Below, piece after piece: positions 1 to 11,416 of a DNA stretch of 64,000 bases; position 1 is the first letter of the stretch; each line of letters opens with the position of its first letter. The position numbers were made by a program, and so were the translations under genes. The notes beneath the pieces were generated by a model. The model was not told where the DNA came from and searched no databases. It worked only from the letters and a program-made list of their open reading frames with translations. The stretch spans positions 29,574,001-29,638,000 of the forward strand of contig JANJGN010000026.1 in NCBI GenBank assembly GCA_026770705.1. The letters are read 5' to 3'. Source of the stretch: Isurus oxyrinchus. Lineage: Eukaryota.

Positions 1-585
1 TGTATGAGTATGTTCATGTTTGTGTCCACATGGGTGTCTGTGAATGTGTTAGTCAGTTCCTCTGTGTTTTTGTATCTGGGTGTTGTCTGCTCATGTGTGT
101 GCATGTGTTAATGTATGTCAATGCATTGTTTTAATGTGTACGATAGTGTGTATCTTTCTGTCTGTATTTCTGTCATTGTGAACGTGTGATAATGCATATG
201 CTAAAACTTACATTTGTACTTTGTATCCTTGTATGAGTCTGCTTATCTGGTTTTATCTGTTTGTGTGTGTGTGATTGTGTACATGTGTGTGAGCGAGTGT
301 GTCTGTGTGTGTATTTCTGTATATATGTGATTGTGCGTGTGTATTTGTTTATGTGTGTACGTGTGTGTCTGTGTATGTTTGTGCATCTGTGTCCATGTGT
401 TTGTGATTGTGTGCACGTGTGTGTATATTTGTCTATGTGTGTCTGCCTGTGTTTGTGTGGGTGTGCATGTGTGGGTGTACATGTGTCTGCTTGTACCTGT
501 GTGTGTTTGTGTCTGTGTGTCTGTGCCTATGTGTGTGTGTATACACGTGTTTGTGTCTGTCAATTTGTGTCAGCTGTGTGTATTT
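1..585. repeat. Degenerate (TG)n low-complexity tract
   Basis: TG/TGTA-rich sequence; the overlapping C/V- and T/H-rich ORFs are by-products of the repeat. Confidence 0.9.
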
Positions 586-1074
586 TTACTATTTTTCCAA
601 ATTTCACCAGGTACCAATGATCGAGTCTGATCTTGACGGTGAAAAATTTGGTGAATATTTTCAATATTCTGTGTATAAACATGTTTTCTGTGAGATGCAA
701 GGTGATATCAGGTGAACGAATGCAAACAATTAACCACGAGCCTCATAAAAGTTCAGGGACAGAACCTTGAATAACCCAGGGAGGATTTAAACATCAGTTT
801 AGATTCGGATGATGGGAAATCAATCTTAGCATAAGCTTAACAGGGACAAGAGTGTTAAAACATCTTCAAGTTATGTTGCATAAATAGATGTTTTTACAAC
901 ATCCTAAGCATGATGGGAGTTTAAAATCTAGCCAGAAAGCTAGAAGTTGACTTGGACTGTTGGTAACTGAGTCCTTATAGTAGAGACCCATTCCCTTCCA
1001 GATTCTCTGCTCGGGGACTGAGGGTCCAGTGAGTTAATAGTTTTGCTCTGTCTGGTTGTCTAAGCAATTTCTCT

Positions 1075-1470
1075 TTTAGTTCTCTCTGCTGAGAAGGTGG
1101 AGACACACCGAGTTAACCAATGACCTTCCTCGTCTTTTTGTTTAGCAAGTGGAGGTAAAATTGACTTAATATTTTCCTTTCAGTTTTCTCTGTCGGGTAA
1201 GTGGAGGTACAGTGGGTTACCAGTTTTCCTTCCCCTCTCTCTGTTGGGAAAGTGGGGGTACAGTGGTTAATCAATTCCACCCCCCCCCCACGACCTGCTG
1301 TTGTGGAAGTGAAGGTGCAGTTGTTTAACAATGTCCCCTTCCCCTCTCTCCATTGGGAAAGTGGGAGTACAATGGTTAACAATTTCCTCTCCCCCTCTCT
1401 CTGTTGGGGAGGTGGAGGTGCAGTGGGGTAACAATTTCCCTTCTCCCTCTCTCTGATGGGAGATTGTTGG
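1075..1470. repeat. Degenerate ~50-60 bp minisatellite, about 7 copies
   Basis: Recurrent ctctctgttggg(a)aagtgg(a/g)ggtacagtgg(g)tta units. Confidence 0.7.
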
Positions 1471-1869
1471 GACATATTTCTGTGTGACCCTAACTTCAGT
1501 TCCCAGTGGGTGTGGTGCAGAAGCTTAAAGCTGACATCCATTTTAAAGGGATGGACGACAAGAGAAGCAGGAACACCGAGATCTAAATGTGCTGTGTTTG
1601 TTTATCAGAATTGAGAAATTGTCAGATTTCTCCTCAGCGGGAGGAGATCTGGTGAATTTATTTTGCAGAATCCTGTAATGAATGAGCTTTACACTGTCTC
1701 TAATCCAGGGTGTATCTGAGCTGGGACCACTGGATGTACAAGACTTGGGTCTGAGCCCTGTGAGTATCGATTTTAACAAAACACATCTAAAATTAACAAA
1801 AGTGGAAAACAACATTAATTAAACGATTGTGTATTTAAATCACGATTGGAGAAAAGGACTTTATTATTT

Positions 1870-1875
1870 TTTATT
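1870..1875 (-). promoter_or_regulatory. Poly(A) signal of the secretory mu transcript
   Basis: AATAAA on the minus strand about 30 nt past the native stop codon. Confidence 0.6.
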
Positions 1876-1902
1876 GAAGTTTGAAATGTAAACAAGAGAT
1901 TC

Positions 1903-2350
1903 TCATTGACATGAATTAACATGCTGCCAGACCTGCTGAGTTTTTCCAGGTAATTCTGTTTTTGTTTTGAATTAACAGTGTCCATCAGTGCAAGGGAAAT
2001 GTTCACAAAACTCGGTTTACCACCGGATTTGTCAACCGTTCTGTTGATGAACTTCAAGGGGATTGCTTCATGTCTCACCACACAGGAGTAAGAAGCGCCG
2101 CTGGCCCACTCCTCCACTGCAATGGATAACAGGCTGTACATGAAGAAGGAGCGATTGTCATTCTCCGCCACTACCTCGGTGTTCTTGTAATTCCCGGGAT
2201 TCACAGGCTTGTCTTGACAGTCCACTTGACGAAAAATCTCTCGCAGGGAGAAACCTGTCACTAAACAGCTGAGGGAGACGAATCTCTGAGCGGAGACATC
2301 TTCTGCCGAGGGCAGGAGGACAGACACGGACGGTTCCCGCGAGTCTTTAA
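1903..2350 (-). pseudogene. IGHM: IgM heavy chain Cmu4 exon plus secretory tailpiece, damaged
   Basis: Acceptor ttttctgcag|2350. Reads [34 protein letters not shown]...[41 protein letters not shown]. Native TGT CAA TGA (CQ*) at 1911-1903 is displaced by an insertion. Internal G|GTAAA transmembrane-form donor at 2020. A local +1/-1 frameshift removes the conserved Trp. Confidence 0.92.
1922..1967 (+). mobile_element. 46-bp Penelope-like element 3' fragment with 10-bp target-site duplication
   Basis: 46/46 identical to 49520-49565; flanked by TGAATTAACA at 1912-1921 and 1968-1977. Confidence 0.9.
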
Positions 2351-2489
2351 CTGCAGAAAATGTACAATAAATGTCAATAAACTGGATACTTTCCTAGACA
2401 ATGAAACGGCCGGTTAGATGTGAGAGAAACGTGTTTTGTGATGAATATTAAGGTTTTCATTATCCACTTTTCGGAACGATATCACCGAT

Positions 2490-2675
2490 CCTTCACTATA
2501 GCTGAATCCAAATCCTGGAACTCCCTCCTTAACAGCACTGTGGGTGTATCTACCCACATGGACTGCAGCCGTTCAAGAAGGCAGCGCACCACTACCTTGT
2601 CAAGGGCAATTAGGGATGCACAATAAATGCTGGCCCTGCCAGCGACGCCCATATCCCATGAATTAGTAAATAAAA
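2490..2675 (+). mobile_element. LINE (CR1/L2 clade) 3' end fragment
   Basis: aaatcctggaactccc...gggcaattagggatg..caataaatgctggc tail, repeated at about 8960-9145, 27120-27245 and 29335-29370. Confidence 0.75.
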
Positions 2676-3064
2676 TACTTTGGGATCTGTCTGGCTTTCC
2701 AGCTCGGAGCAGAGTTGGCACAATCCTTTTCCCTGAGAACTTATGGGGTTGGACGAGAAAGTTTCTCAAAGTTTACAGCACAGAAACAGGTCATTCTGCC
2801 CAACTGGTCCATGTTGGTGTTTCAGCTTCGCACCAGGCTCCTCCCATCTTGCTTCATCTAAACCCAATGGCACAGCCTTCAATTCATTGTTCATTCATCT
2901 TACTTATCAATTTCCTCCTGAAAGTCCACAGGCCCAGACCGTTTAGTTGGCAAAATTGCTTATCAGAGTAGACCATGAATACACTGAATAGTAAATATTG
3001 ATCCTGACACTTACACTGGAAATAGACACACTGAACTACTTATTGCCTCAATCTCACTGCTCAC

Positions 3065-3376
3065 CCGGTTCCTTGTGGATGGAAGTTCTTAAAGGAGTCG
3101 GCAGATCCTGATGGCTCACCACGCAGTAGAACTCAGCCCCACTCAGCCAGGCTTGTATCGAGATGTCTACGTTGCTGACCACGCTGTCGGGATCCTCTCC
3201 TGGTTGGACGGCGATCTCTGATTTCAAAGGCTTCTTCTCTTGTGCCCAGGACACGAGGACTCCATAAGGAGCATTAGAAACGATGCAGGTTAAGGTCATG
3301 GTCGCCTCCAGTAAGACCTGTTCTATTGGCGGTGGCAGTAGAGTAATTGTGGGATCATTGGGGCAGTGTTGATCAC
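3065..3376 (-). CDS. IGHM: IgM heavy chain Cmu3 exon
   Basis: Open C1-set domain [30 protein letters not shown]...VSW...[26 protein letters not shown] acceptor and phase-1 G|GTGAG donor are intact (312 bp). Confidence 0.9.
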
Positions 3377-3994
3377 CTTTGAGACAGAAATAAAGATCAA
3401 CCATAGTTTCACCTTCAGAAGCAGGACAGCAGTATTCAGCCTTCACTCCCTGAAGGAGAATAAATCACCTTGGACATATCAACCTCTAACTATTGTCTTT
3501 AATTTTGTTTACACAATGGAATACCAGCTTGGTCTGTGTAAATTGTTCTCATAATTTAAGTCCTTCAGCCTCGGTAACATTCTCATGAATCTGCGTTGCC
3601 CCAGTACCAATACAAATGTATCATTCTCGGGCCCTGGAATGCAGTACTGAAAGCCATTTTATAAATAGGGTGGATGCATTTCCAACACTCTATCCCAAAG
3701 CTGTTACCAGTGAAGGGTTCCAGACACCTTCTACCTCTCTAACTATGATCAGCTGACTCAGGGTAAAGCTGATATCAAGTCCACCTCACTCACTCTGTGA
3801 CGTCAATGTAGAGACGTGATGTGATAAAATCCTGAATGGTGAACAATCCGAATGCAGCCATTACATCGGAATTAAACAATAACTATATGATAGTAAATTA
3901 GAAGTTGTTCCGTCTACTAACTCCAATAAATTCCTGATTTGATTAACGTTGGAGTGGAGAATGATCTATTGCTTCCTCGATTTGTATTTCTTAC

Positions 3995-4309
3995 CCTCAC
4001 ACTTGGTGGTGTTTCGACTTTGGGCGACCTCTTGGTGAGTGACCTGACAGGTATAGACCGCGTCGCTGAACCATTCCCCAGCAGAGACTTCCAGCCGACT
4101 GGTGGCCGAGAAGTTCCCGTTCATTTCAAAGGCGGGAGAGGTGACAATTCCTGAATCCATGGGTTGTCCATTCTTCAGCCACTTCACGGTCATTGAATTT
4201 GGTTGGAAATCGATGATTGAACAGACGGCGGTTGCAAATTTGTTGGTTGTGATTTCTTCCCGGGAACTCACGGTGAGGAGAACAGTTGGAGGGAAGATGT
4301 CAAGAGGAC
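3995..4309 (-). CDS. IGHM: IgM heavy chain Cmu2 exon
   Basis: Open C1-set domain [36 protein letters not shown]...KWLKNG...YTCQVTH. AG acceptor and G|GTAAG donor are intact (315 bp). Confidence 0.88.
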
Positions 4310-4779
4310 CTTCAAAAATACAGGTTAAACATTTCTTGCAGAAGAAATTGATAACAGATACAATTAATTCCTACATTTTAATAGGTACTTTTCCATTATT
4401 AGACACTAACCGAGAATTTGCAGGGAACAAATCTATGCAAAGCACTATAAATATGTTATAACAAAGGCCCTATACAGCTCGCTTTCCAGCATATAGGATG
4501 ACATTATTTTGAGTACTTCAATAACTTTATTCCCATTGTTAATTTACAGGATTCTGATTCCCGCATGCAGTCCCCACAGGGATCTCTCATATCAGTTGGT
4601 ATCCATAGTTTTCCGAGAAGTACATTAGCCAGACTGTATTAATGAAATAGCATTGATGTTATGGAGATAAAAGTGGGACCTTAACAGTGCGTAGTCTCAA
4701 TTGCTATTGTACGATATACCTTTATTATTTTCTTCACTGCTCTCCATATTCTACATTATATCAAATTGATAAATTTGTG

Positions 4780-5736
4780 AGCTGGAACATAACAGCCCTC
4801 ACACCCTGGCCTGAGATTAACCCATCCAATCAGATTGGAAATACAAGTCTTGTGCCCTCAACTAACAGCACATTCCATGCTTTAAAACGACCGCCTTCCT
4901 CTGCCTCATTAGCTTATTACTTGTTTTGGCTATTAATGGGAACGCAATTGCATAGCGGCATATCATTAGATTAAAGAAACTCTCGTCAGCATCTAAAGTG
5001 CTTGTGCTGGACTTAACCATCACCAACTTGTTGGTTATTGTTGCGTCCACACTTGATATTATTGCTATTACCCTAGATGATATTGCAATGCAGTTATATA
5101 ATAATTTTATCCTTCTCTTGTATATAGACAACTTTTATGCCAATGCACCTTTCTTAGCCTGCATTGTTGTTGACCAATACATAGCTGTTGCCTATCCCAC
5201 CAGGTCTCAGGCCTGGAGAAAGCATCGATACTATGTTATATTGAAACTTGGCTGGAAGTCTTAGCTCTGAGTTTAATTATTCTTTTCAGAATGATAAGAA
5301 TATTATATAATAGAGTTTCATGCAAGGAAATGTCCACGGTGTGCAGGCCACGGGAAATCTTCATGCTGATTTCTGAAATTATGTTGTTCGCCATTCCAGC
5401 CTTGATTCTGTTCATGTTCTATGTACTAACATCACAGAAACTAACAGGAGTGGGAACTGGGAAGCAACCCATGGAGTTGACGAAAAGAAAATGTTGAAGA
5501 TAGATGCTGGAATGTTGGTTCCTCTCCTTTTCTGCTTTGCCCGTTATCACGTCCCTGAACTATACTATGGGGCTCAGGATCTGCTAGATCCATCATATCC
5601 AGTCACAGCATTTTACTGGTGCAACTTTCCATTTTACGTGTGGGTTGTCACTTCCTTCTCTGCCTTTCTAAATCCCTTGCTGGGCATTTTCAGGTCCCAG
5701 AACTTTAATTGGAGATCGGGCTGTTGTATCGCGTAA
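4780..5736 (+). pseudogene. Single-exon rhodopsin-family GPCR pseudogene (P2Y/LPAR/GPR4-like delta branch)
   Basis: Across frames: N-terminal NxS/T sites, TM1 LLLVLAINGN followed by an in-frame TAG, TM2 VLDLTITNLL, TM3 FLACIVVDQYIAVAYP (DRY-like), TM5 LFAIPALILFMFY, TM6 LLFCFARYH, TM7 FSAFLNPLL. Several frameshifts. Confidence 0.8.
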
Positions 5737-6362
5737 TGTTTTGGAAACACACCCTCAGCGCGCCCCCATATTGATCGGCTTTCGGCTTTAGTTTAAAGTC
5801 ACTCTAGGTACTTTTCCACAGTAATGTTTGAACAGAATGCATGGGATACGTTGAGACCCTAAGTAACCTTAATTAGGCCAAATGTTTTAACCAAAGAAAC
5901 ACCGTACAACAAAAACAGTTCCATCTTGTGTGCAGCTTATTCATCCAGAACCCATTTTGCAACCCGTATCTGCTATGTTCATGCGCGTGTTATCATTCTA
6001 TTTATCGACAGACAGGTCTATTTTTCTGCCTGCCCGATGCAAGGGTGATAACAGCTTTTGTATATTATCAAGGACTTCAGCTGCTGGGGGAAGGGTGACT
6101 CGGGAAAATGTATTAGGCTTTCCTTTCAATTTAACACTTTGCTCTGATATTTTCATTGATGTGTCTTTATCAAGATTTTGCTAATCAGGGGTTGCGATTG
6201 TTGGGTCCAGAAATCATCCTCTGGCTGCCCGGCCATGTCTCGATTCAATCAGAATTGAACGGACAATTGCAACGCCCCCTACTGTCTGGTAACATGTTAG
6301 CAAAGGTCACGGACATTCCAACGAATCGGCTGGGTTCTTGACGGGTTTGAAGAACTGAATAG

Positions 6363-6398
<36 letters not shown>

Positions 6399-6979
6399 CG
6401 AGAAAGTAAAGGTTTCAAGATTCAAGGAACTACTGTAGCTTCAAATGGACGTCCTGTCACCATATCTCAATGTAGAATTGTGTCCATGACTAACTGTCGA
6501 TAAGAAAGACAACGATTAGCATTTTGCCTGAATAAATGTCGGGTCATTACGCGGAATGGCGTTTCTTTTTTAAATCAAGCCTTGCTGTTGATAAAAAAAA
6601 TAAACTACAGACGTAGGTAATAAGGTGACTTAACACATTTACATGAAAAAGGAGGTACAGTGAAGTGTACATAAACAAATAATACCTGCATTTACCACCC
6701 ACCATCAGGTGTAAGGAAGGATTTACAGGGTGATAATCAACCTGTTTTGCCACGTCACGAATGCATCTTCCGTGGCCAACATGTCCTTGAGTGGAACCCG
6801 AAGCTTATTGCCCAGAAGTAGGGACGCTACCCAATGCACCATCAAACCTCATGATCCGTACACAAATAGATAGATAAACCAGTAGATCGATAGTTACCCA
6901 GACTGATGGATAGTCCAAGGTTAAAGAGACAGATTGACGGAAGTGCAAATGAATATGAAATAAGCATAACAGGAGTAAC

Positions 6980-7137
6980 CCTTGTAATCCACTCCAGTCC
7001 CTGACCGGGTTTCTGTCTGTACCAAAGCATCGCGTAAAAGCTGGACACCTCATAGCTGCAGTCCATCTGCACCGAATCCCCGCACTGGACTGTTTTCGAT
7101 GCGGGAGATTGAAGCACACTGTCCGAGAGACATGGAC
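6980..7137 (-). pseudogene. 5' half of a TCR alpha/delta-like V exon, no RSS
   Basis: tttccag|GPCLSDSVLQSPASKTVQCGDSVQMDCSYEVSSFYAMLWYRQKPGQGLEWITR, then V similarity is lost. A leader-like LKLLSVILARRT G|GTAGGT lies near 7230-7267 without an in-frame ATG. Confidence 0.75.
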
Positions 7138-8959
7138 CTGGAAACGTATTTAGGGTATGAAACACTGGATAAACGAGATTAATAATCAACAACTCACTCT
7201 GGGTTATTGGGTATTTGTCCTGTACCTACCTGTTCGCCTCGCCAGAATGACGGATAATAGCTTTAACTGTGCAACACAACATATGTTTGCTATGAGAATG
7301 TCAACAGAAAAACGGGACACCGCTCACAGCAGAAGAAAGCGAATCTGGTGCAGAGATTAACATGTTGGCTGATTGAAGTCAATGTTGGATACTCAATGTC
7401 TCGGTCACGTGTTTATTTTTCCCACTCCTCATTGGCTGGAAATTGATACTGTTCACCGGAAAGAAGGAGGTGGTTTGTTGGTCCGCTGCTCAGTTCTCCC
7501 GCGGTTCACTTCTGAACCAATCAATTTGTTAGAAGAGCAGCAGCTTCTTCTGCTCCGGGTGGAGGCAAGTGAGGAAGCACATCTCTTTATGAGGGTCACT
7601 CCCGTAAGCGACCATCCTGACACTGGGTGTTCAACTCTAGTTGAAAACGTCCCTTAAAGGATGAGTGATCTCTCGAGGAACTGTACCTCAGTAAACAGTT
7701 AACACCATCAGGACAGCCTAAGGAGCCATTTCCTTGCAGAATATGTGGCCCCTGTGGGCTTGTGCCTCACAAAGCAATTAGTGCTTGCCTTGAAACCCTG
7801 GAGTCTGAAGACGCGAGATCCATTTTCTGAGATGGAGCAGGAGCAGATCAGATGGGTTCACATTGCCATTCCTCTCCATTTAAGAGCCCACAAAATGAGA
7901 AAGAGCCACATTTCCTTCAGAAGGGATGGTGGGGGCGGAGAGGAATGAGGGCAGCTCTTGTAGCAGAGATGTGGTGGAAATTGTGTGGCTTCCGCAGTAT
8001 TAATTACTCTCCCATTATTCCCCCTTACAACGGATTGTGGAAACATTGACAGTGGATGTGAGATCAGCAAAAGTGACTCAACTCTCCACATCTTATCCTA
8101 GGCGAATGGGACAGCGGTTATCGTTTTCCCTGCAGACGGGTGAATCATTGAGTCCGAGTGGATTCCAGGAGCGAAATAGGATTTGGAAGCGCAGATTGGA
8201 TGATGGATAATTCGAAAACTCCAGGAAAGGAGCAGGGCGATTTCTGGGCTTCGTCTGCCACCTGTTGGAGGAAATCAAAATTTCACCCCAGCAATTTCTC
8301 CTTCCATTCAGCGGTCGAGAGTTACTCTTCAATGCCGCTTAGGCAGCAACTGCCCCGAATCGGCTGTGGTGGCAATTTAGCAGTTGCATGTAGTACATGA
8401 CAAAGTTCAGTGAACAGGTCAGATTTCCAGGAGACCTCCCAGCTGAAATAATAGAAACAGTATTAGTAACCCTGCCCTCTCCCACTGGGGGCAGAGTTGA
8501 ATTCTTGCCGCTACACATTTCAGATAGTATTTTCCACGATTTTAAAGCTTTTATCTATTGTATCGATCATTCTCTTATTAAGGTGATGGTAATAAATGAA
8601 CTAAGTTACTAAACCAATCATATAATTATACCATTGCCATTAGTCAGTCTGTCTCCTGTGATCTAGCTCGTTTTCGGAAAAAATATACTTTATTCATGAA
8701 ATATCTGAAAGAACATTACAAAGCGTTTCAAAATGGCCATCACAAAAAGAGCAGTCATATTTCGCTTTTCCACATAGATCATGAAGTGCTTCAGCAGAAT
8801 CAATTATCATTACATTCCAACCTGGTCTTTACAGGCAGTCCAGCCTTGTTTTTCCTCACAGTCATACAGCGCAATTGTATTTCAGGTATCTAAATAACTG
8901 TTGCACTTTAATGTACTTCAATGCAATTGTGACACATGTAGTATTCACTGCATACAGTT

Positions 8960-9145
8960 CCATCTCTGTCGCTGGGTCAAAATCCTGGAACTCCCTAACT
9001 AACAGCTCTGTGGCTGAACCTGCACGACGTGGACCACAGCGGCTCAAGAATATAGCTCCTCACCAACCTCTCAAGGGGCAATTAGGCATGGAAAATAAAT
9101 GCTGGCCCAGCCAACGAAGCTCACATCCCATGAATGAATAACAAA
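8960..9145 (+). mobile_element. LINE 3' end fragment (same family as 2490)
   Basis: Sequence similarity to 2490-2675. Confidence 0.7.
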
Positions 9146-9529
9146 TAATATTGAATAGGTCTCCCAGGAGCCTGTAGAAAAACTGATATCGAGAGTCACA
9201 GTCAGTGCCCACTAGAGGGCTCCCTCTCACACCAATGAGGAGGAGGGACAATTCAAGCTCCACAGTGAGTTTCAAGGAGACCTGCCTGATTTATTAGAAA
9301 ACAGCACAAAACTGAGTTGTGCAATGCTGAAGGTTTGTCCCGCTTGATAGAGCTTGGAATGCATTCTCTTGAACACAACCTTCTCTCCTTTATCCATATT
9401 TTCCCGTTTGAATGCAGGTGACAATGAATTCGGATTCAGTTTATTTCAACTCACAATGTAAACCAAAGTCGAATTTTATAAAAGCTTCTATTTCTTTTTA
9501 TCATCTTTTGATGTCCTATATTTGCCGGT

Positions 9530-9920
9530 GTTCCCATCTATCTGCTGCCCTTGTGCTACTGGGTGGTAGAGGTCGTGGGTTTGGAAGGAGGTGTCTAAGG
9601 AGTCTTAGTGAATTTCTACAGTGCAACTTGTAGATGGTACACATTGCTGTTATTGTGCGTTGGTGGTGGAGGGAGTGAATGTTTGTGAATGTGGTGCCAA
9701 TCACGCAGCTTGCTTTTTCCTGGATGGTTTCCAGCTTATTGAGTGTTGTGGGAGATGCACTCACCCAGGTAATTGGGGAGTATCACATCACACTCCTGAC
9801 TTTTGCCTTGTAGATGGTGGACTGGCTTAGGGGAGTGGGGAGTGAGCTGCTGGCCGCAGAATCCCTAGCTTCTGACGGGCTCTTATAGCCGCAGTATTTA
9901 TATGGCTAGTCCTGTCCAGC
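9530..9920 (-). mobile_element. LINE reverse-transcriptase C-terminal fragment
   Basis: ...SASPTTLNKLETIQEKA...IHSLHHQRT...; related copy at 51880-52110. Confidence 0.75.
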
Positions 9921-10289
9921 CTTGTGATGATTAAACCAAGCATTGAGCGCCCTCAGTGTCTATTCTGTTTGCAGATGTCTCCCTCATTCTAGAATGCACC
10001 ACTTCTCCATTAACCTTGATGATGTTGAACAACCAGTGAGGATTGGACAGGATGTCTTCATACATGGTTCCCCTCCATGTCTATCTGGCCGATCGGAATC
10101 TGCAGTTTGTTTGAGTTTCCCGGCCGCTCCTGGGAACAGTTGGGTGATAGTTTGAATGGAGGTTAATTTGATTTCCTCTCGCTGTGTCTTTCTGAACGGC
10201 TGGCAGCGCCGCTGCGCATTGTAACTTCATCCATCCACGATTCTACACAAAGCCCAACAGACAGGAGCTCCCACTAACAATGCAAAGGC

Positions 10290-10590
10290 ACTTTTTGTAC
10301 AGGGGTGGGACTGATTTTCATCACTGTGAGACGGCACCGTCAGTGAGCTGCAGACCCGAACTGGTGAATTTATTGGCGATCTGGAGCACTACAGAGAAAT
10401 GACTTCTCGCAAATTCTGCTTTATGTTCATTGTTAGCAGTATCCTTAATGCTGACTCGCCGCATTGTCGCTGTCCACCCTGTCAAAGGGCTGCTCGATAT
10501 TTGAAGACACCCTATCTAATGCCCGCCCTCAACAATCTGTTGTCGTGTCTTAGGATGATTGCACCTCTATTCCTGTGTCCCCTGTGGTGC
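10290..10590 (-). pseudogene. Internally deleted V pseudogene (family of the 29-kb V) with intact 23-RSS
   Basis: Promoter and leader start homologous to 28850-28980, joined directly to FR3 homologous to 29755-29850. CACAGTG 10328-10322, 23-bp spacer, ACAAAAAGT 10298-10290. Confidence 0.75.
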
Positions 10591-10634
10591 AGCGAGACCA
10601 ACAGGTTTTGAGAGCAGAGAGTCAGTGACCTGGA

Positions 10635-10880
10635 TTGAACGTGGGCGACCCGATGTGAGCTCAGAGACACGGTGAGCCGGTGTCAGGGTGAAATATTGAA
10701 TATGGGAGGCACGGTGTGAGCTCAGGGACACGGTGAGCCGGTGTCAGTTTGAAATATCGAATGTGGGCGGACAGATGTGAGCTCAGAGACAGGGTGAGCC
10801 GGAGTTAGTGAGAAATATTGAATGTGGGCGGTCCGGCCTGAGTTCAGAGACAGGTTGAGCCGGTGTCAGTGAGAAACCTC
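10635..10880 (+). repeat. 61-bp minisatellite, about 4 copies, upstream of an intronless V
   Basis: gagctcag unit starts at 10657, 10718, 10779 and 10840. Confidence 0.85.
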
Positions 10881-11047
10881 GAGTGGATAAATGCCAAGAC
10901 TCGGCATCTTTCGTTAGTTCGACAGGAAGGCGCCTCTGGGTTGAACCTGAAGCTCCTTGTTGAATCTTCTGAATATAATATCCATCTCCTGCTTCTAACT
11001 TGACCCCTTTGGACAATTGCTTCAACACCATTTTATCGGATCTGATA

Positions 11048-11416
11048 ATGCTGAGAATTCGCAAAGTCCTTTTGCTGTTTTTCACTAAATCTACACAGAG
11101 GTGACCAGAGAAGATGAGGTAACGCAGCTCCCTCGGCAGATGGTTGTTAGTGAAGCGGGAATCGCAGCCATGAACTGCACCATCACCAGTGTGTTCAGTG
11201 CCGTGTACTGATACAGGCAGCTCCCGGATCAGCCTGCCCAGTATCTGGTTATGGCCACAAGAAGATCCAATCAGCACGAGAGAATCACTGAACAGTCGGT
11301 GGAGATAACAAACTCAGTACCCCGAAAGTGAGGGGCGCTTGGCTCCCTGACACTGCCACCTATCTCTGCACCATGATGCAGAGTGCAACAAAAGATGTCG
11401 AGCCCAAACAAAAACC
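11048..11416 (+). pseudogene. Intronless leader-V pseudogene (paralog of 17054-17386)
   Basis: MLRIRKVLLLFFT..., frameshifts, TGA at the conserved Trp, DTATYLC. RSS CAGAGTG 11379, 22-bp spacer, ACAAAAACC 11408. Confidence 0.85.

Noticed and set aside
243-715. Four overlapping 100-aa ORFs
   Set aside because: Translations of the TG repeat.
600-1800. Search for IgM transmembrane exons
   Set aside because: No WTTASTF-like or CART-like hydrophobic exon recognised; if present, they lie beyond base 1.
5740-6800. Search for Cmu1, JH or D segments
   Set aside because: No C1-set Cys/Trp pattern, WGxG motif or 12-RSS pair seen.
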